Assembly (NCBI GenBank): GCA_013265495.1
Contig: MU058206.1
Location: 622,001 to 686,000, forward strand
DNA length: 64,000 nt
Reading direction: 5' to 3'
From: Vicugna vicugna
Taxonomy: Eukaryota
The position numbers and the translations under genes were made by a program. Positions 1-13,389 of the stretch are shown here, one piece after another; the first letter of the stretch is position 1; each line of letters opens with the position of its first letter. Below the pieces are notes generated by a model. The model did not search any database and was not told where the DNA came from. It saw nothing but the letters and a program-made list of their open reading frames with translations.

Positions 1-81
1 CAAGTTATTGAATATAGTTCCCTGTGCTATACAGTATAAACTTGTTTAACTATTTTTTATACAGCAGTTAGTATCTGCAAA
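1..81 (-). mobile_element. L1 3'-UTR fragment (lineage-specific young L1), antisense
   Basis: Reverse complement (tttgcagatactaact...ctgtatagcacagggaactatattcaa) matches the L1 3' end seen in sense orientation at about 42085-42165. Confidence 0.8.
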
Positions 82-547
82 GGGTCTTGTTTTTTGATCC
101 ACTCTGATTATTTGTCTTTTAATTGAGGTATTTGGATTATTGATATTTAAAGTGGTTATTGGTATAGTTGGATTCATATCTACCATACTTGTTACTGTTT
201 TATATTCGCTGCCCTTGTTCTTTGTTCCTATTTTTGTCTTCCGCAATTTTTCTGCCTTTTGTACTTTAAATGGAGCATTTTATATGGTTCCATTTTTCTT
301 TCCTCTCTTAGCATATTAATAATATTTCTTTTTTTAGTGGTTGCCTTAATGTTTGCAACATACCTTTACAGCTAATCCAGGTCCACTTTCAAATAACTAT
401 ACAGCTTCATGTGTAGTATGGGTACCTTATAAAAACAAAATAATCCCAATTCTTCCCAGTCCCTTGTATTATTGCTGTCACTCATTTCACTTACACACAC
501 ATAAGCATATATAATCAAATACATTGTTGCTTTTATTATCTTCCACA

Positions 548-737
548 AAATTTGTCATTCCTTACCCCTTGTTCTATTCAGTCTCTCAACAGATTGGATG
601 ATGCTTTATTCATTCTGCTGAGTCAAACGCTAATCTCTTCCAGAAATATCCTCAGACACACCCCCAAAATAATGTTTTACCAACTGTCTAGGCATCCCCT
701 AGCCCAATCAAACTGACACATAAAATCAGCCATCACA
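548..737. mobile_element. MLT2-like (ERVL) LTR fragment
   Basis: Ends in the characteristic ctgacacataaaatcagccatcaca; contains cagattggatgatgc and aataatgttttaccaact. Confidence 0.65.
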
Positions 738-3221
738 CCATATCAACGGCATATTAGTCACAGTTGTTTTAAATTCCTGGTCTAGTAATTCCAACATCCT
801 GCCATATCTGAGCCTGGCTTTGATGCTTGCTGTCTGTCTCTTCAGACTGTGTTTTCCGTCTTTTAGTATGACTTGGAATTTTTTCCTGATAGCCAGATAT
901 GATGTGGTGGGTAAAAGCAACTGCAGTAAATAAGCCTTTAGTAATGTGGTGAGTTGTGGGGGGAGGGGAAGCATCCATGGTCCTCTGAGTAGGTCTTAGT
1001 CTCTTAATGAATCTGTACCTCTGGATTATGAACTTCATAAGTGCTTTTTGTTCCCTCTCTTAGGTGGGACAGGATGGTTAGAGTGGCTAGAATTGGGTGT
1101 TTCCCTTCCTCGAGTCAGTTAGACTCTAAAAAGCTCCAATAATTTAGGCTCTATTGAAATCGTTTCTCTTGAGGGCAAGCCTTGTTAAAAAGAACAGAAA
1201 GCTCTGGCTATTTTAAATTGGTTACTTTTCCCCTCCTCCTGCCAGAAGCGTGAGAATTTTCCCCCAATATTTACTGTGAGAAACTTGTGGAGTCTTGGAA
1301 GTAAAATTCACTAAAGAGTAGAATTACCATAACTGGGTCCCTGAAGTTTTTAGTTCTCAGGCTGTTCACACTGTGTCTCCTGAAATTCATCAATTATAGT
1401 TGAGGTTTTTCCTGCATCAGCACTGGTTCCTGCGGAGGTGTTTGCTTATGGGTTTCTGCAAAGTTAAGCTGTGATTTTTCAATACCTGCCTGCCTGCCTG
1501 CTCTCCAGCTTGAAGGGCAGCAATCTGCCCCATGATGGATCCAAGGAAGAGTGTTGACTTTTTCAGTTTGTTTAGTTTCTTAGTTGTTATTAGGGTGGCC
1601 TTATGACTTCCTAGCTCCTTACATGTTGGACTACAATCATCTTCAGTTTTTAAAGGACATTTTCTCTTTTTTCTTTTTCTGCCGGTTTGCCAGTAATTTT
1701 TACAGTATTTCACATATATCATTTCATTCTCTTCTTGCTTCCATAATTTCTGTGGAAATGTAGGATGTCAGTCTTAATGATAGCATACAGTTGGTCCTCC
1801 TTTTTAAAAAGACAGTCTGATAATCTCTGTCTTGGAGTATTTGATCATTTACATTTGATGCAATTATTAGTATGGTTGGTTCTAAATCTACCCATTTTCT
1901 ATTTGTTTCTTTTAGTCCTAGGTATTTTTTATTTCTTTTTTCTTCTTTTCCTGCTTTCTTTTTCACTAATTGACGGTTAAAAAACATTCCTTTTATCTCT
2001 ACTAATGTCAATAGCTATGCTGCTTTTTACATCTGTTTACTGGTTGCTTTAGGACACAGGTTAGCATATGGCCCATGGCCTATTTTTTACGGTCTATAAC
2101 AAACTTTATTTTTTAGAGCAGTTTTAGATTACAGAAAATTGTAAAGATAATACAGAGTTTCATATATCCTGTGCCCAGTTTCCCATGATATTAGCATCTT
2201 GTATTAATGTAGTCCATTTGTTAAAATGAATGAGCAATTAGTAATACATTAACTAAAGTTCATGCTTTATTGGGATTTCCTTCATTTTTGTAAATTGGGG
2301 TAAAATACACATAACACAAAAGTTACTATTTTATCCGTTTTTAACTACTCAGTTCAGAAGTGTTAAGTATATTCACATCACCATGCAACCAATCCCCAGA
2401 ACTCTTTTCATCTTGCAAAACTGAGACTCTCTGCCCATTAAACAAAAACTCTCCATTTTCCCCCTCCCCTCAGCCCCTGACAACCATTTTACTTCCTGTA
2501 TCTCTGAATTTGACTACTCTGGGTATCTCACATATGTGGAACAATAAAGTATTTGCCTTTTGTGACCCGTTTATTTCACTTAACGCCCTCAAGTTTCATC
2601 CATGTTGCAGCATGTGTCAAAACTTCCTTCCTTTTTAAGGCTGAATAATATTCCATTGCATGTATATCCCTCATTTTGTTTCTTCATTCATCTATCAGTG
2701 GACACTTGTGCTTATCCATTCATCCACCACCTACATTTTACCTAATGTCCTTTTTCTGTTCCAGGATCCAATCTAGGATATCAGGTTGCATTTAATCATC
2801 GTGTTTTCTCAGGCACCTCTGAGCTATTACAGTTTCTCCACCTTTCCTCTTTTATTTTTTTTTCTTGATAGCCTTGACCGTTTTGAGGAATAATAATCAG
2901 ATAGCTTGTATTATATCCCTTCATTGGGATTTCTCCGATGCTTTTCTCATGCTTTGACTGGAGTTATAGGTTTTTTGAGGGAAGATGCATCATATAAAGA
3001 GTACATACTATCAGCATGACTTATCACTGTTGATATTGATCTTGAGCACCTGGTTAGGGTGGTGTTATCAAGTCTCTCTAAAATTACCCTCTTCGTCCCT
3101 TTCCATCATGTTGAGTAGTCACCATGCCCAGCCCACATTTAAGGAGTGGGAAGTTATGAACACTTCCTTCAGAGTTATCTATGTAAATTATTTGGGGGAT
3201 TTTTGCCTGGGAGATTTGTTA

Positions 3222-3492
3222 GGAACGGTTTTTACGTTTTTTAAAGGCTGAAAAAATTCAGAAGAAGAAGAATATTTTGTGATATAAGAAAACAGTTTGA
3301 AGTCCAAATTTAAGAGTCTACAAATAAAGTTTCATTGGAACACAGTCAGGTTCACTCATTTAAGTATCGTCTAGAGCTGTTTTCACGCTACAACAGCAGA
3401 GCTGATTAATTGCAATGGGGACTGTATGACCTTCAACATCTAAAATATTTACTGTCTGGTCCTTTACAGAAAAAATTTGCTGACTCATGCTC
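3222..3492. mobile_element. hAT/Charlie MITE (MER58-like), split by L1; its other end is near 2057-2100
   Basis: aaataaagtttcattggaacacag...ctaaaatatttactgtctggtcctttacagaaaaaatttgctgactc resembles the MER58 consensus. Confidence 0.6.
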
Positions 3493-3927
3493 TAAGGCTT
3501 ACAATGTGCATCTTTAACTTATCACAGTCTTCCTTCAAATAATATCACTTTGTGTAAAAGTTAGAAACTTAAAATACTGTAGTCCAATTACCTCCTCTAA
3601 TATTTTGTGTCATTGTTGTTATACGTTTTATTTCTACATATGTTGTAAACCCCACAATACATTGTTCTTCTTTTTGCTTTAAATAGTCAATTATGTTTAA
3701 ACAATTTTTAAGTAAGAAAAACATATTTTATATTTATTGATGTATTTTCCATCTCTAGTTCCATTCATTCTTATGTGTAGATCCAAATTTCCATCTGGTA
3801 TGTTCTTCTGCCTGAAAAACTTTCCTTAACATTTTTTAGAGTGTAGGTCGACTGATGATGAATTATCTCACTTTTGTGTGTGTGTGTGTGAAAAAGTTTC
3901 ACTTTTAAGGATATTTTTACTAAATTT

Positions 3928-4155
3928 TTTAAACATTTTTTATTGATTTATAATCATTTTACAATGTTGTGTCAAATTCCAGTGTAGATCACAATTTTTC
4001 AGTTATACATGAACATATGTATATTCATTGTCACATATTTTCTTCGCTGTGAGCTACCAGAAGATCTTGTATATATTTCCCTGGGCTACACAGTATAATC
4101 TAGTTTATCTATTCTACATTTTGAAATCCCAGTCTGTCCCTTCCCACCCCCCTAG
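3928..4155 (-). mobile_element. 5'-truncated young L1 3' end with target-site duplication
   Basis: T-rich tail on the left; TSD ttttactaaattt at about 3915-3927 and 4156-4168. Confidence 0.75.
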
Positions 4156-4839
4156 TTTTACTAAATTTAGAGACTTAGGTTGATAGTCCCTTTCCATCCA
4201 CAACTTTAAAAATTGTATTCTATTGTCTTCTGGCTTGTGTAGTCTCTGACAATAAGTCTATGATAATTTTATCTTTGTCTCTATATGTAGTTTCCCTTTT
4301 ACCTTCTGGCTTCTTTTAAGATTTTTCTCATTGTCACTGATTTTCAGCAATGTGATTACAATGGACCTCATTGTCGTTTTATGTCTTTATGAGTGGTGTT
4401 GAGACTCTTGGATCTTTGGGTTTCCAGTGTTTGTCAAATCTGGAAAAATTTTATTCAGTAGCTTTTGGTTTTCCCCTCTCTTTCTGAACTTTGGCTACAA
4501 CTATGCTAGACACTCAATATCCTTCCATAGGTCACTGTGGTTCTCTTATGTTTTCAGTGTGCTTCCTTTATTTCTCTCTATGCTTCCTTTCAGAAACGTT
4601 CTGCTGATAGGTCTTTGTGTATCTTTGAGTTTACTGATCTCTTCTCCCACAATGTCTAATCTGCTGTTAGTCCCATCCCTTCAAAATATATTCAAAACAC
4701 ACTTAGGTTTTGTACTTTTCACCTCCGAGACTTCAATTTGTTCGTCTTATGGTTGTTTCTTTGAAGTAATGTGCCTTTATTTTCTTGGTGCTTTGAAGAT
4801 TTTTCTCTTTTAAAAATCTCTGTTAAAAATCTTCCTTAA

Positions 4840-4995
4840 GGGGGAGGGTATAGCCCAAGCAGTAGAGCACATGCTTAGCATGCATGAGGTCCTGGGTTCA
4901 ATCCCCAGTACCTCCTCTAAAAATAAATAAGTAAAACTAATTACCTCCCCACAACAACAACAAATAAATTTTTTTTTAAAGAAGTTTAAAAAAAC
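4840..4995 (+). mobile_element. Camelid tRNA-derived SINE (Vic-1 type)
   Basis: GGGGAGGGTATAGC head, pol III A box and B box (ggttcaatcc), A-rich tail; TSD aaaaa(t)cttccttaa on both sides. Confidence 0.9.
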
Positions 4996-5012
4996 TTCCT
5001 TAAAAATCTTTT

Positions 5013-6430
5013 AAGGGCCCGCCCGCCCGACAGCGGCGCGGGGACCGGCCGGGATCGCCGCTGCCCAGGCACCGTGTAGGGGCCGGACTGGGGCCATGCT
5101 GGGCCTGTGGCGCGTCTTCGCAGTGGAGCCGCTTGGCGGCCGGGATGTCACTGGCGAGGACCTGGCACGTGGCTGCCGAGTGCCTGGAGTCACCAGCACC
5201 TACAGACCGGATGCTGGTCCAGTGTACTCGTCACACTTCTGGGAGGGAGGTGGCAAGCTGAGAGGTCTTGAAAGGCAGATGCTGCTTCTCAAACTGGCCT
5301 CCCAGGACTCAGGAGTGGAGATGGTGGTTGGGGACAGCTCCCCAGCCACCTCACGGGGGCTTTCTCAAGACTCTCTGAACTTTGAGCCCATGGGGAGCCC
5401 TGAGGCCCTGGCTCTTGGGGCTGTGGAGCCTCCTGCCCACCTAAGACGGCTTCTTGCCAGCCGTAAGCTGGAGCAGGTGCTGGAGCGGGCCCGCCAGCTC
5501 CCGACTTCCCCTGCCAGCTTGTCACAACACTACCGCTCCCTGAGCCCGCCCAGCCAGCCTGGGTGTGAAAAGCCTCTTTTTGGACCAGGGGGACAGGAGG
5601 CCACTGAGGCAGAGAGTGACCTAGAGGCACGCCTGGAAGAAGCAGAGGTGGTGAGGCCTGAAGCCCAGGCCTGCCTCCCGGGGCAGGGTCTTCGCTACCT
5701 GGAACACCTGTGTCTAGTGCTGGAGCAGACTGCGAGGCTCCAGCAGCTCTACCTGCAGCTGCAGACTCGGAGGGCCTCTGGGGATCCTGAAGAGGAGTCG
5801 GAGGAGTCGGCTGTGGCCCCTTCATCTCCATCCTCTCATGCCCCAGGCAGTGAGGTCCATGAGCCGTGGGAGCAGCTCAGCCAGACTGAGGAGACAGGAG
5901 CAAAAACAGCTTCACCCCCAAAGGCAGGGGTCCCCAGCCCCAGCCCTCCCAGGCTGTCAGAGGCCCCAGCAGAGTGAGCTCACGCCTTCCCATCCTCCCA
6001 GGGACACAAGGTCAAGGTCCTCCTCAACCGGATCCAATGGAGGAGCCCTCGACCTGCTGAACCCACTGCCCTTCCTGAAGGTCCTGCCCGCAGGACTGCA
6101 GCAGGGGGCCTCCATGAAAGGCCTCCATGCCTCCCCCTCCGCAAGACCTTTATGCCATCGTTAGCAGTTAAGAAGCAAAGAACAAAAAACTTTTCTTTGC
6201 ACTGAGACCTTCTGGTGCCAGGATGTGACCCCGAGTGGGAGGGAGCCTTCTTCCTCGCCCTTTGCCCTGTTGTGGGCACTGCCTGGAAAAGATGCTGACA
6301 CTTGCCCTTCTCTCTGAGCCTGGGTCCATGGGAGGCCCCAAGATGTGGCATCTCCCAGGCTCCTCCCTGGTTGCCAGAAATCTCTGGGCTGCAGCAATGT
6401 GAACTAACTTATTTATCTATCATCCACAGA
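5013..6430 (+). pseudogene. C8orf58: Processed retrocopy of C8orf58 (DUF4657 protein) with GC-rich 5' UTR, coding region 5096-6205 and part of the 3' UTR
   Basis: Intronless. Translation has the C8orf58 hallmarks LARGC.VPGVTSTYR, LKLASQDSGVEM and ACLPGQGLRYLEHLCLVLEQ. After TGA at 5975-5977 the same frame continues (AHAFPSSQGHKVKVLLNRI...RKTFMPSLAVKKQRTKNFSLH) to TGA at 6203-6205. It lies inside old L1; no poly(A) or TSD found, so the 3' boundary is approximate. Confidence 0.92.
5096..5977 (+). CDS. Open 293-aa N-terminal part of the C8orf58 retrocopy (translation uncertain)
   Basis: gccATG start and no frameshift; ends at a premature stop relative to the parent protein. Confidence 0.35.
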   Translation: MLGLWRVFAVEPLGGRDVTGEDLARGCRVPGVTSTYRPDAGPVYSSHFWEGGGKLRGLERQMLLLKLASQDSGVEMVVGDSSPATSRGLSQDSLNFEPMGSPEALALGAVEPPAHLRRLLASRKLEQVLERARQLPTSPASLSQHYRSLSPPSQPGCEKPLFGPGGQEATEAESDLEARLEEAEVVRPEAQACLPGQGLRYLEHLCLVLEQTARLQQLYLQLQTRRASGDPEEESEESAVAPSSPSSHAPGSEVHEPWEQLSQTEETGAKTASPPKAGVPSPSPPRLSEAPAE

Positions 6431-6529
6431 GTTTGTTCATCATAGTGATCTGTACCCAAATACAGCTTCTTTGTAATTGCTCTGTTCAACTTGATTTCTT
6501 CTGTCACATGTAGAAAAAAGTTGGCCAAT

Positions 6530-8930
6530 AATATTGCTTCTGCCCCATGCTCTCTTTCCTCTCCTTTTTGGACTCCAGAAAAATATGTTAGATCTTTTCA
6601 TTGTGTCACATGTAGCATTAATGCTATTTTATATGTTTCCCATCTTTTCCTTTTTTTCTGTCTGTGCTTCAATCTAGGTATTTTCTACTAACCAGTTTTC
6701 CAGTTCACTAATCCTCTCTCCTGCTCCATCTAATCCACTTTTAGATCTATGTAATCAATTCCTAATTTCAGTCATTGTATTTTTTCCATTTGAGGATTCC
6801 ACTTGATTCTTTCCTCTTTATTTATTCCAATTCTCTCATGAAACTATCCAACTTTTAATCTATTTTATTATACAGAGAAATCAGTTACTTTACAACTGTG
6901 TCTGATAATTCCAATATCTGGGTCTCCTCTGAAACTGTTTTCTTTTCTCTTTATCTTGGATTTCAGGCATTCATTAGTCCACTTGGCATACATGACAAAA
7001 TACATGACATTTTTCTTAATTTGAAGCAATCTCAAACTCATAGAAAGATCACAAATATAGTACAAAGAAACTTCTCCCTGACTCATTTTAGAGTAGCTTG
7101 CCATCACCTCCCTAACACTTCAATGTGTAATTCCTATGCACAAGGACATCCTCCTAGATAACCACAATACCACTATCAAGCTCAGGAAATTAACATTGGT
7201 ACCTTCCTGCCCTCTAACCCACAGACTCCATTTGAGAGCTTCACCAGTGGTTCCAATAATATTTTTTATAGCAAAGAATCCAGTACAGAATCATATGTTA
7301 CGTTCGGTGCTCAGGTATCTCCAGTCTCCTTCAATATGGAAAAGTTCTTCCATTCTTTCTTAACTTTAATGACACTTTTGCAGATTATAGGCCAGTTGTT
7401 TGGTAGACAGTCTCTTAATTAGGGCTCGTCCAAAGTTTCCTCATGACTAGATTCAGTTTATGAGTTTCGTGCAAGAATATCACAGAAGCGATACTGTTTC
7501 GCTCTCATTTCATCCTATCAGGTGATGCATGATTTTAGTTTGTCTCAGCGCTGTTGATGTTCGCTTTGATCACTTAAGTTGGTGTCTGTTAGTTTCTCCA
7601 TTCTACCACTGTAAAGTTACTCTTATTTCCCCTTACAATTAAGTAGTTTGTGAGAAAGTGCTTTGAGAATGTGTAAATATCCCATTTCTCAACAAACTTT
7701 CCATCTGTTTATTTATTTATGTCAGTACAGAGTCATGGATTCTTATTTTATTCAGTAAGTTACAATCCATTAACACCATTATTTATTTTGTTGCTCAAAT
7801 TATCAGTATCCAGCCAATGAAACTTTCTTCCAGCTGGCTTCTGCATCCTTTTGACAAGCCTGCATCATTCTTTGAATACCTTTTTTAAAGGACTTGAGGC
7901 ATAATTTAGGTACCATTCAATTCACTCATTTTAAGTGTAAAATGTAATGAGTTTTAAGATATTCACATATATGTGCCCCCATCACCACAGTCAGTTTTAG
8001 AACATTTTCATCATCTCAAACGTAAACTTGTAACATTTAGCTATCTTCCCCCTATCCTCCCATCCCCACTTCAGCAGCCATTAATGTACTTTGTGTCTCT
8101 GAACATTTGCTTATTCTAGGCTTTAATATGAATGGAATCATACCATGTGTGGTCTTTGTGACTGGCTTCTTTCACTTAGCATAAGTTTTTGAGGTTCATT
8201 TAAATTGTGGATGTATAATTACTTCATTCCTTTTTGTAGCTAACTAATACTCCATTGTATGGATAGAACACATTTATTTGCCTGTTCATCAGTTGATGGG
8301 TATTCGGGTTGCTTCCATCTTTTGGTTATTATGAATAATATTGCTATAAACATTCAGGGATTAGTTTTTGTGTGGACACACGTTTTCATTTCTCTTGGGT
8401 GTACATAGGAATGGAATTGCTAGGTCATACGGTAACTCGGTTTAGTCATATCTGAGTACGTCTTTACATTCCAACACAAGATGATCCAAGCTTATGTGTA
8501 TTTCCCCCACCCCAGCCCTGTAACCAGCCATTTCTAAGTCCTGGTTCCTTTCATACTGGACAGTGGCATTCAGAAATTAAGACAAGTGCTAATTATGCTC
8601 ATTATTATTAAGATGTAACTGCTCCCAGACCCTCTCAGTGAATGAAGCTGGGAAATATACATATATATACATACATAAATGTACATGCATTGACACCTGC
8701 ATGCATAATATAAACAACTACATACACACACAGCAACGTTTATTTCTATAACTGTTTATTTTGAAAATAATAAGTGCTTACTCATACCTCCAGTTCCAGT
8801 CCAACACCACAGGGTTCATTCTAGTTTTCATCCTTTTGCATATTCATAATACCTTTTGCCAGCAGTGAGAAGCCTGGTTCATTCCCTCAACAAATTCACT
8901 CATTAGATCAGTCCTACTGTGGGTAACCAA
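6530..8930 (-). mobile_element. Old L1 fragments (L1MC/L1MB-like), antisense
   Basis: Typical antisense L1 3' sequence, e.g. aatggaatcataccatgtgtggtctttgtgactggcttctttcacttagcata (about 8130-8185). Confidence 0.75.
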
Positions 8931-10949
8931 TGTTCCACTGCCACTGCTCCCCACCCCACAGACTCCTGCTCCTGGGCTGTGACACCCTGCCTTAGGCCAC
9001 TCAAACCACCCCTTCCCCACCACATGGCTGTGCTCTTCACCCCAAGAGCTTCTGACATCCCTCCCAAGCTCCCCTCTGGAAGCCCTGCCCCACCCCTTCT
9101 AGGGATGCCCTTCTCACCCCCTGTGACTCCACCTCTCGGCCCTTGGCCACTGCCCTGGTCAGATGTCCTCTTCACCCCCCTCAGGGTCCAATCTTCCTTA
9201 CGGAGGGGGCCCCTAGTGGACATCCTCCTTTTCTTGTTTGGGTTTCGATGCCCTACACCAGGCTCCCATCCTCCTTAGATGCTCTCCTTTCTCGGCTGGA
9301 GCTCTGACATTTGGGCCAGCTTATCTGCCCACAGGACTGAACTATGACCGACTCTCTCTCTCCCTCTCTGCTCTGACTGCCCCCCATTGGAGACGCCCAC
9401 CGTCCTTACTTCAGCTGAGCTCCCACACCATGTGCTGGGCCACTGCCTTCCTGCCCCTTGCCCCAGGGACACCTACCTAGCTTGGCCCATCTAAAGACTT
9501 CTGGACTGAACTGTTCTTGAAGGGAATGGAAGGGAAGAGAAAAGAGAAAGAAAGAACAAGAATGGGGAGGTGGGGGAGGAAGAAGAAGTGTAGAAGGAAG
9601 AGAAAAAGCTCTGCTTGGCAATTTTTGTTGAACGGCGGACATTGTGTGTGACATCGTAGAGTTTCTGGTTGACGCAGTGAATTTCATTTCCTCCTGGCAG
9701 CCAGACAAGCACAGGTACATTGTCCTGATGCAGAGAAGCTGATCTACTTTGCCCTTATTTCTGGGTGTGGCCCTTCCCAGGGTCTCAATTGGAAGCTGGT
9801 CTGGTAGGAGGGGGTCCCTTAGCCTGGAGAGGGTGGACTTTGTTCAGGCGTGGACACCACCTCACCCTCAGGCCCTCCAAGTGCACAGGAGGGCAGGTGG
9901 GACACTGCCTGCGTCTCTGTGGGCTGCGGTCTCCTGGAGTAGCTGGAGATGAGGTCACTGTGAGGGGGCAGCCATGATGGGGAGAGGAGTGGAGAAGGAA
10001 CAGGGTACAGCCCGGGGGACGGCGACTCGGTGACAGAGGGAGTTTAGTTTGGGAGGAGGGCAGTGAGGGCAGGGGAGCTTGCTGGGGAGGGATTTCAGTG
10101 AGAGGGAAGGGGCTGGGTAGAGACGGGGGGCTTATTAAGCAGGAGGGGCATGGAGGTCTAGGCAGGGAGCACCTGAGAGCAGTGGCACTGTCCCCACTGA
10201 CAGTGAGTGGCCCCCTCCCCGCCCAGAGCCTCAGCCTCATTCTTTTCCAGGGCTGGGGGCGGGGAACTGCAGACTTTCTGCCTCCTGGTGGGTGTGGGGT
10301 CCTCCGATAAGCCTTTTCCCCCTGGGGTCCCAAGGCAGGCGGGTGTCCTGGGTGGAGGGTGGCAGTGGGCGTAGGGAAAGGGCGGGGGGCTCGCTCCCTT
10401 CACCACAGGGGCAAGCAGGGGGACCCGGAGCCCCGGGCTGGCTTTGTTTCTCATTTTGCTCTTGGCTCTTCTGGTGGAAAAATCAAAGCGCTCCCCTTGG
10501 TACAGCTGAGGCGGAGAGGGTGAGCTTGGCTGCGAGGCTGTCCTGGCAGCGAAGTCGAGAGGCAGGCGGGGCCTGGCTGGGGACAGACTGCCCCCCTTCT
10601 CAACCCCCTCAGCTTCGACGTGGCTCTCTGGGCCCAGGACTAAGTCCTGAGTCTGAGGTGGAGGGGGCTGGGGCCAGGAGGAGGCAAGTCCTGGGCTCCG
10701 GCTCAGCCTCAAGCCCGTAGCTCCCTCTCTCCCAAGGCTGCTCCCAGAACAGTCTTCAAAGGGTGATTTTTAAAGTCCCCTTGGAGTCCTAGAGGGAACC
10801 ACTGGGAAGCTGTAGCAGGAGGCATTTGAGTCAAACTGGGACAGGCTTTCTCCTCACAGAGGGCTTTTTCCAGAGGGGAGGCAAGCTGTGTGCTCCGAGG
10901 GTTCCCCGGGCAACCGCTGGGCATTTCCGGAACACCTGAGGATGTGGGA

Positions 10950-11110
10950 AGCCTCGCTGCACACTGTCCATGTCACCTTCACGACCACCCCGAGCTCAGC
11001 ATTGGCCATCCCCGTATTAGCGGTGAGGAACCTGAGGCTCCAAGAAGTCACAGGTTGCAGAGCCTGAAAGTGGCCGAGGCAGGATTTGAACCCAGGTGTC
11101 TTGCTCACTG
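10950..11110. mobile_element. MIR SINE
   Basis: MIR core-like gtgaggaacctgaggctc...ggcaggatttgaacccagg. Similar MIRs near 11730-11840, 26700-26900, 33500-33650, 41510-41630, 48590-48720, 56150-56270, 57080-57270 and 60660-61170. Confidence 0.65.
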
Positions 11111-13389
11111 GGTGATCTCTTTCCCCAACACGGGGACTGCTGGACAGCCTTTCCCCCAGGGCTCTCCCCTGGTGGGCTACCTAGCCAGGGAAAGAGCCTT
11201 GATGGAATCCTTAAGGTGCTTTGGGCCATGCCCCCACCTCAGCACCGTTCTTGGTCCCTCCTACTGTCCCCAGCCCCTTATTTGGCTGTGAGATGCCTGG
11301 GGTTATCTCCCTGAATCAGTCCTCGTCTTGTAGAGCTAGCACCACCCCCACTCCATTTTCCCAGCCGCCCCAGTCCCTGGTCCCGGCCCCCTCTCTCTCT
11401 AGCCTGATGGAAAGAGGAGCCCAGAGAGGAGCCCAACCGCTTTCCCTCTGGAATCTGCTGCCTCGGCTTTCAGATGGAGAAACCATCTGGAGTGTATTAT
11501 GGGCAGTGGAGAAAGCTGAGAGCAGGAAAATGTGAGTTGGCCCCAGCAGCGGCGGCTCCTGTCTGCAGGAAGAGGGGCTCAGTGCTCTTCAGGGGATGGG
11601 CCAGCAGCTTCCCCCACCTCCTCAGTCCCTGGAAGGAGCAGATAAGAAATGTGCAGGAGAGAGTGGCCTGGGGAAGGCAAGGCTCAGGCTTCCAGACACC
11701 TTTGCGGAGCCCAGTTTGAAGCTGCTAATCTTATCCACCCTCCCATTTTACAGATGAGATCGGGGTCCAGAGACGGATACTGACTTCCCCAGGGTCACAC
11801 AGCAAATCATGAGGGCAAGATCAGAATGAGAACCTTTCCACCCATATGCAAACACCAATGGACACTGGAAGTCCCCAGAGACAAGATGGAGGGACGTGCA
11901 GGAGCAAGGGGCCAGGCTAGAGGCTGGATGATTCTTCTCTCCCTTGCTTCAGATGAGTGAAGTGAAGGCGCAAAGGCTAACGAGAGCAGGAAAGAACATC
12001 CTTCATTCTTTTTGGGTCTCCATTCCTTGCCTCCCCTCCCATTCCTGCCCCACAAGCCACCCTCAGCGTGGCCCTGGGGTCGGGCCTCTCGGCTCTTCCT
12101 CTGGGTCCCAGGAGACCCTCCTCCACACGGGGCCTCAGCTCCAGACGTGGCAGGACGAGCAGGAGGAGTGAGGTTTCTCTGTTCCCTCCCAAGTGCTGCG
12201 CTGGCGGCTCCCGAAATAAAAATCAAATGTGGGCTTGGCAGAGAGAGCAGGGTGGGAGAAGCAGCCAGCCGACAGCACAGAGCGCTGGGGCTTCATTCTT
12301 TCCATTGTAACTTCACCTCCTAACCTCTGGCATTTTAATTATTCTCCTACCCGCTTGTTCTCCCTGGGCCAGAGGGTGAGCTCACCCTTTCCTCTCTAGC
12401 CTGGGAGGGGGCGGCCGCTGCCTGGACCCCCAGTCGCCATCCTGCTCCTGGGAAGCTCGGTGGGGGCCAGGCTCGGGGCACCGCCTTGCTGCTCCCTCCT
12501 GCTTCTGCAGTCCCTGGGGTGGGGTGGGGAGCTGGAGGGGCCTGTCTCCCCGGCGGCCAGCCTGGCACCTAAGGTTCCATTATATTGTGAATTCCATAAT
12601 GTGAATCATTACGTCTTCACACCCACTGCTCCATTTAATGGTGGCCACTGTCTTAAGCTGAGGCATCACCGGCTCACCACCCATTTTGTGGACACCGAAG
12701 CCATGGTTAGTGTGTGCAGAGCAGGGCCCAGAACCCAGGCTGGTAGCTCCCGGTTCTGCACTCTTTCCAATTCCAGGAAGAGGGTAAGAACAGCACAGGC
12801 TGGCTCATTTGCCTCATCTCCCAGAATGTCCAGTTTTTTCCCAATGGTAAGTCATTTAAAGCATTGTTTTGGTATTAAAACATACAAGGACATCGTATAG
12901 GGTAGGAAGTAAAATGCCTATGAATTTTTAAGGTGGAAAACAAGTTCTCAGAGCTCTCCACCTGAGGCTGTCCGCAGATGCCAAGGAGCAGCGTCTTCCC
13001 CCTGGGCCTGACCATGAACTGGCCGAGGTGCTGGTCGTATCTACTTGTGGCCAGTTTGTTCAGACCCCAGGCTGCCACTGAAGATATGCTGGGTGCCGGC
13101 AGGCAGCCTTGAGCCGTCCTAGGGGGCAGAGGCCTTCTCCCACCCCCAGGCCCAGAGCTGGGGCTCCCTGCTGATTCTGGGTGTCTCCTGTGGAGGCCAA
13201 CTTCCACAAGGCAAGCAGCACAGATGGTGGGAGCCTCAGCTGTGACCCCAGGGCCAGCAGCCCAGCAACCTTAACCAAGCCCTCCTGCTCCAACCCCCAA
13301 GTCCTGGAACCCCCCTGAGCTCACTGCCTCGCAGGCGCAGCCCTGGAGGGGCACCCTCTGTCTTCTTCCTTCTTGCCCTGTAAGTTTCT

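Larger units (their letters stand above)
82..4790 (-). mobile_element. Old fragmented L1 (L1M-type) sequence, antisense, with nested younger insertions
   Basis: T-rich tract with typical antisense L1 phrases (e.g. aataatattccattgcatgtat, ttctggcttgtgtagtctctgacaataagtc); no intact ORF. Boundaries approximate. Confidence 0.7.

Noticed and set aside
4840..4915. tRNA gene
   Set aside because: The tRNA-like head continues into a SINE body, A tail and TSD; the same applies at 43796, 43943 and 51333.
5289..5831. 180-aa antisense ORF
   Set aside because: Shadow of the GC-rich C8orf58 coding strand.
4840..6430. SINE-C8orf58 chimeric retrotranscript
   Set aside because: The SINE has its own TSD ending about 10 bp before the retrocopy, so these look like separate insertions.
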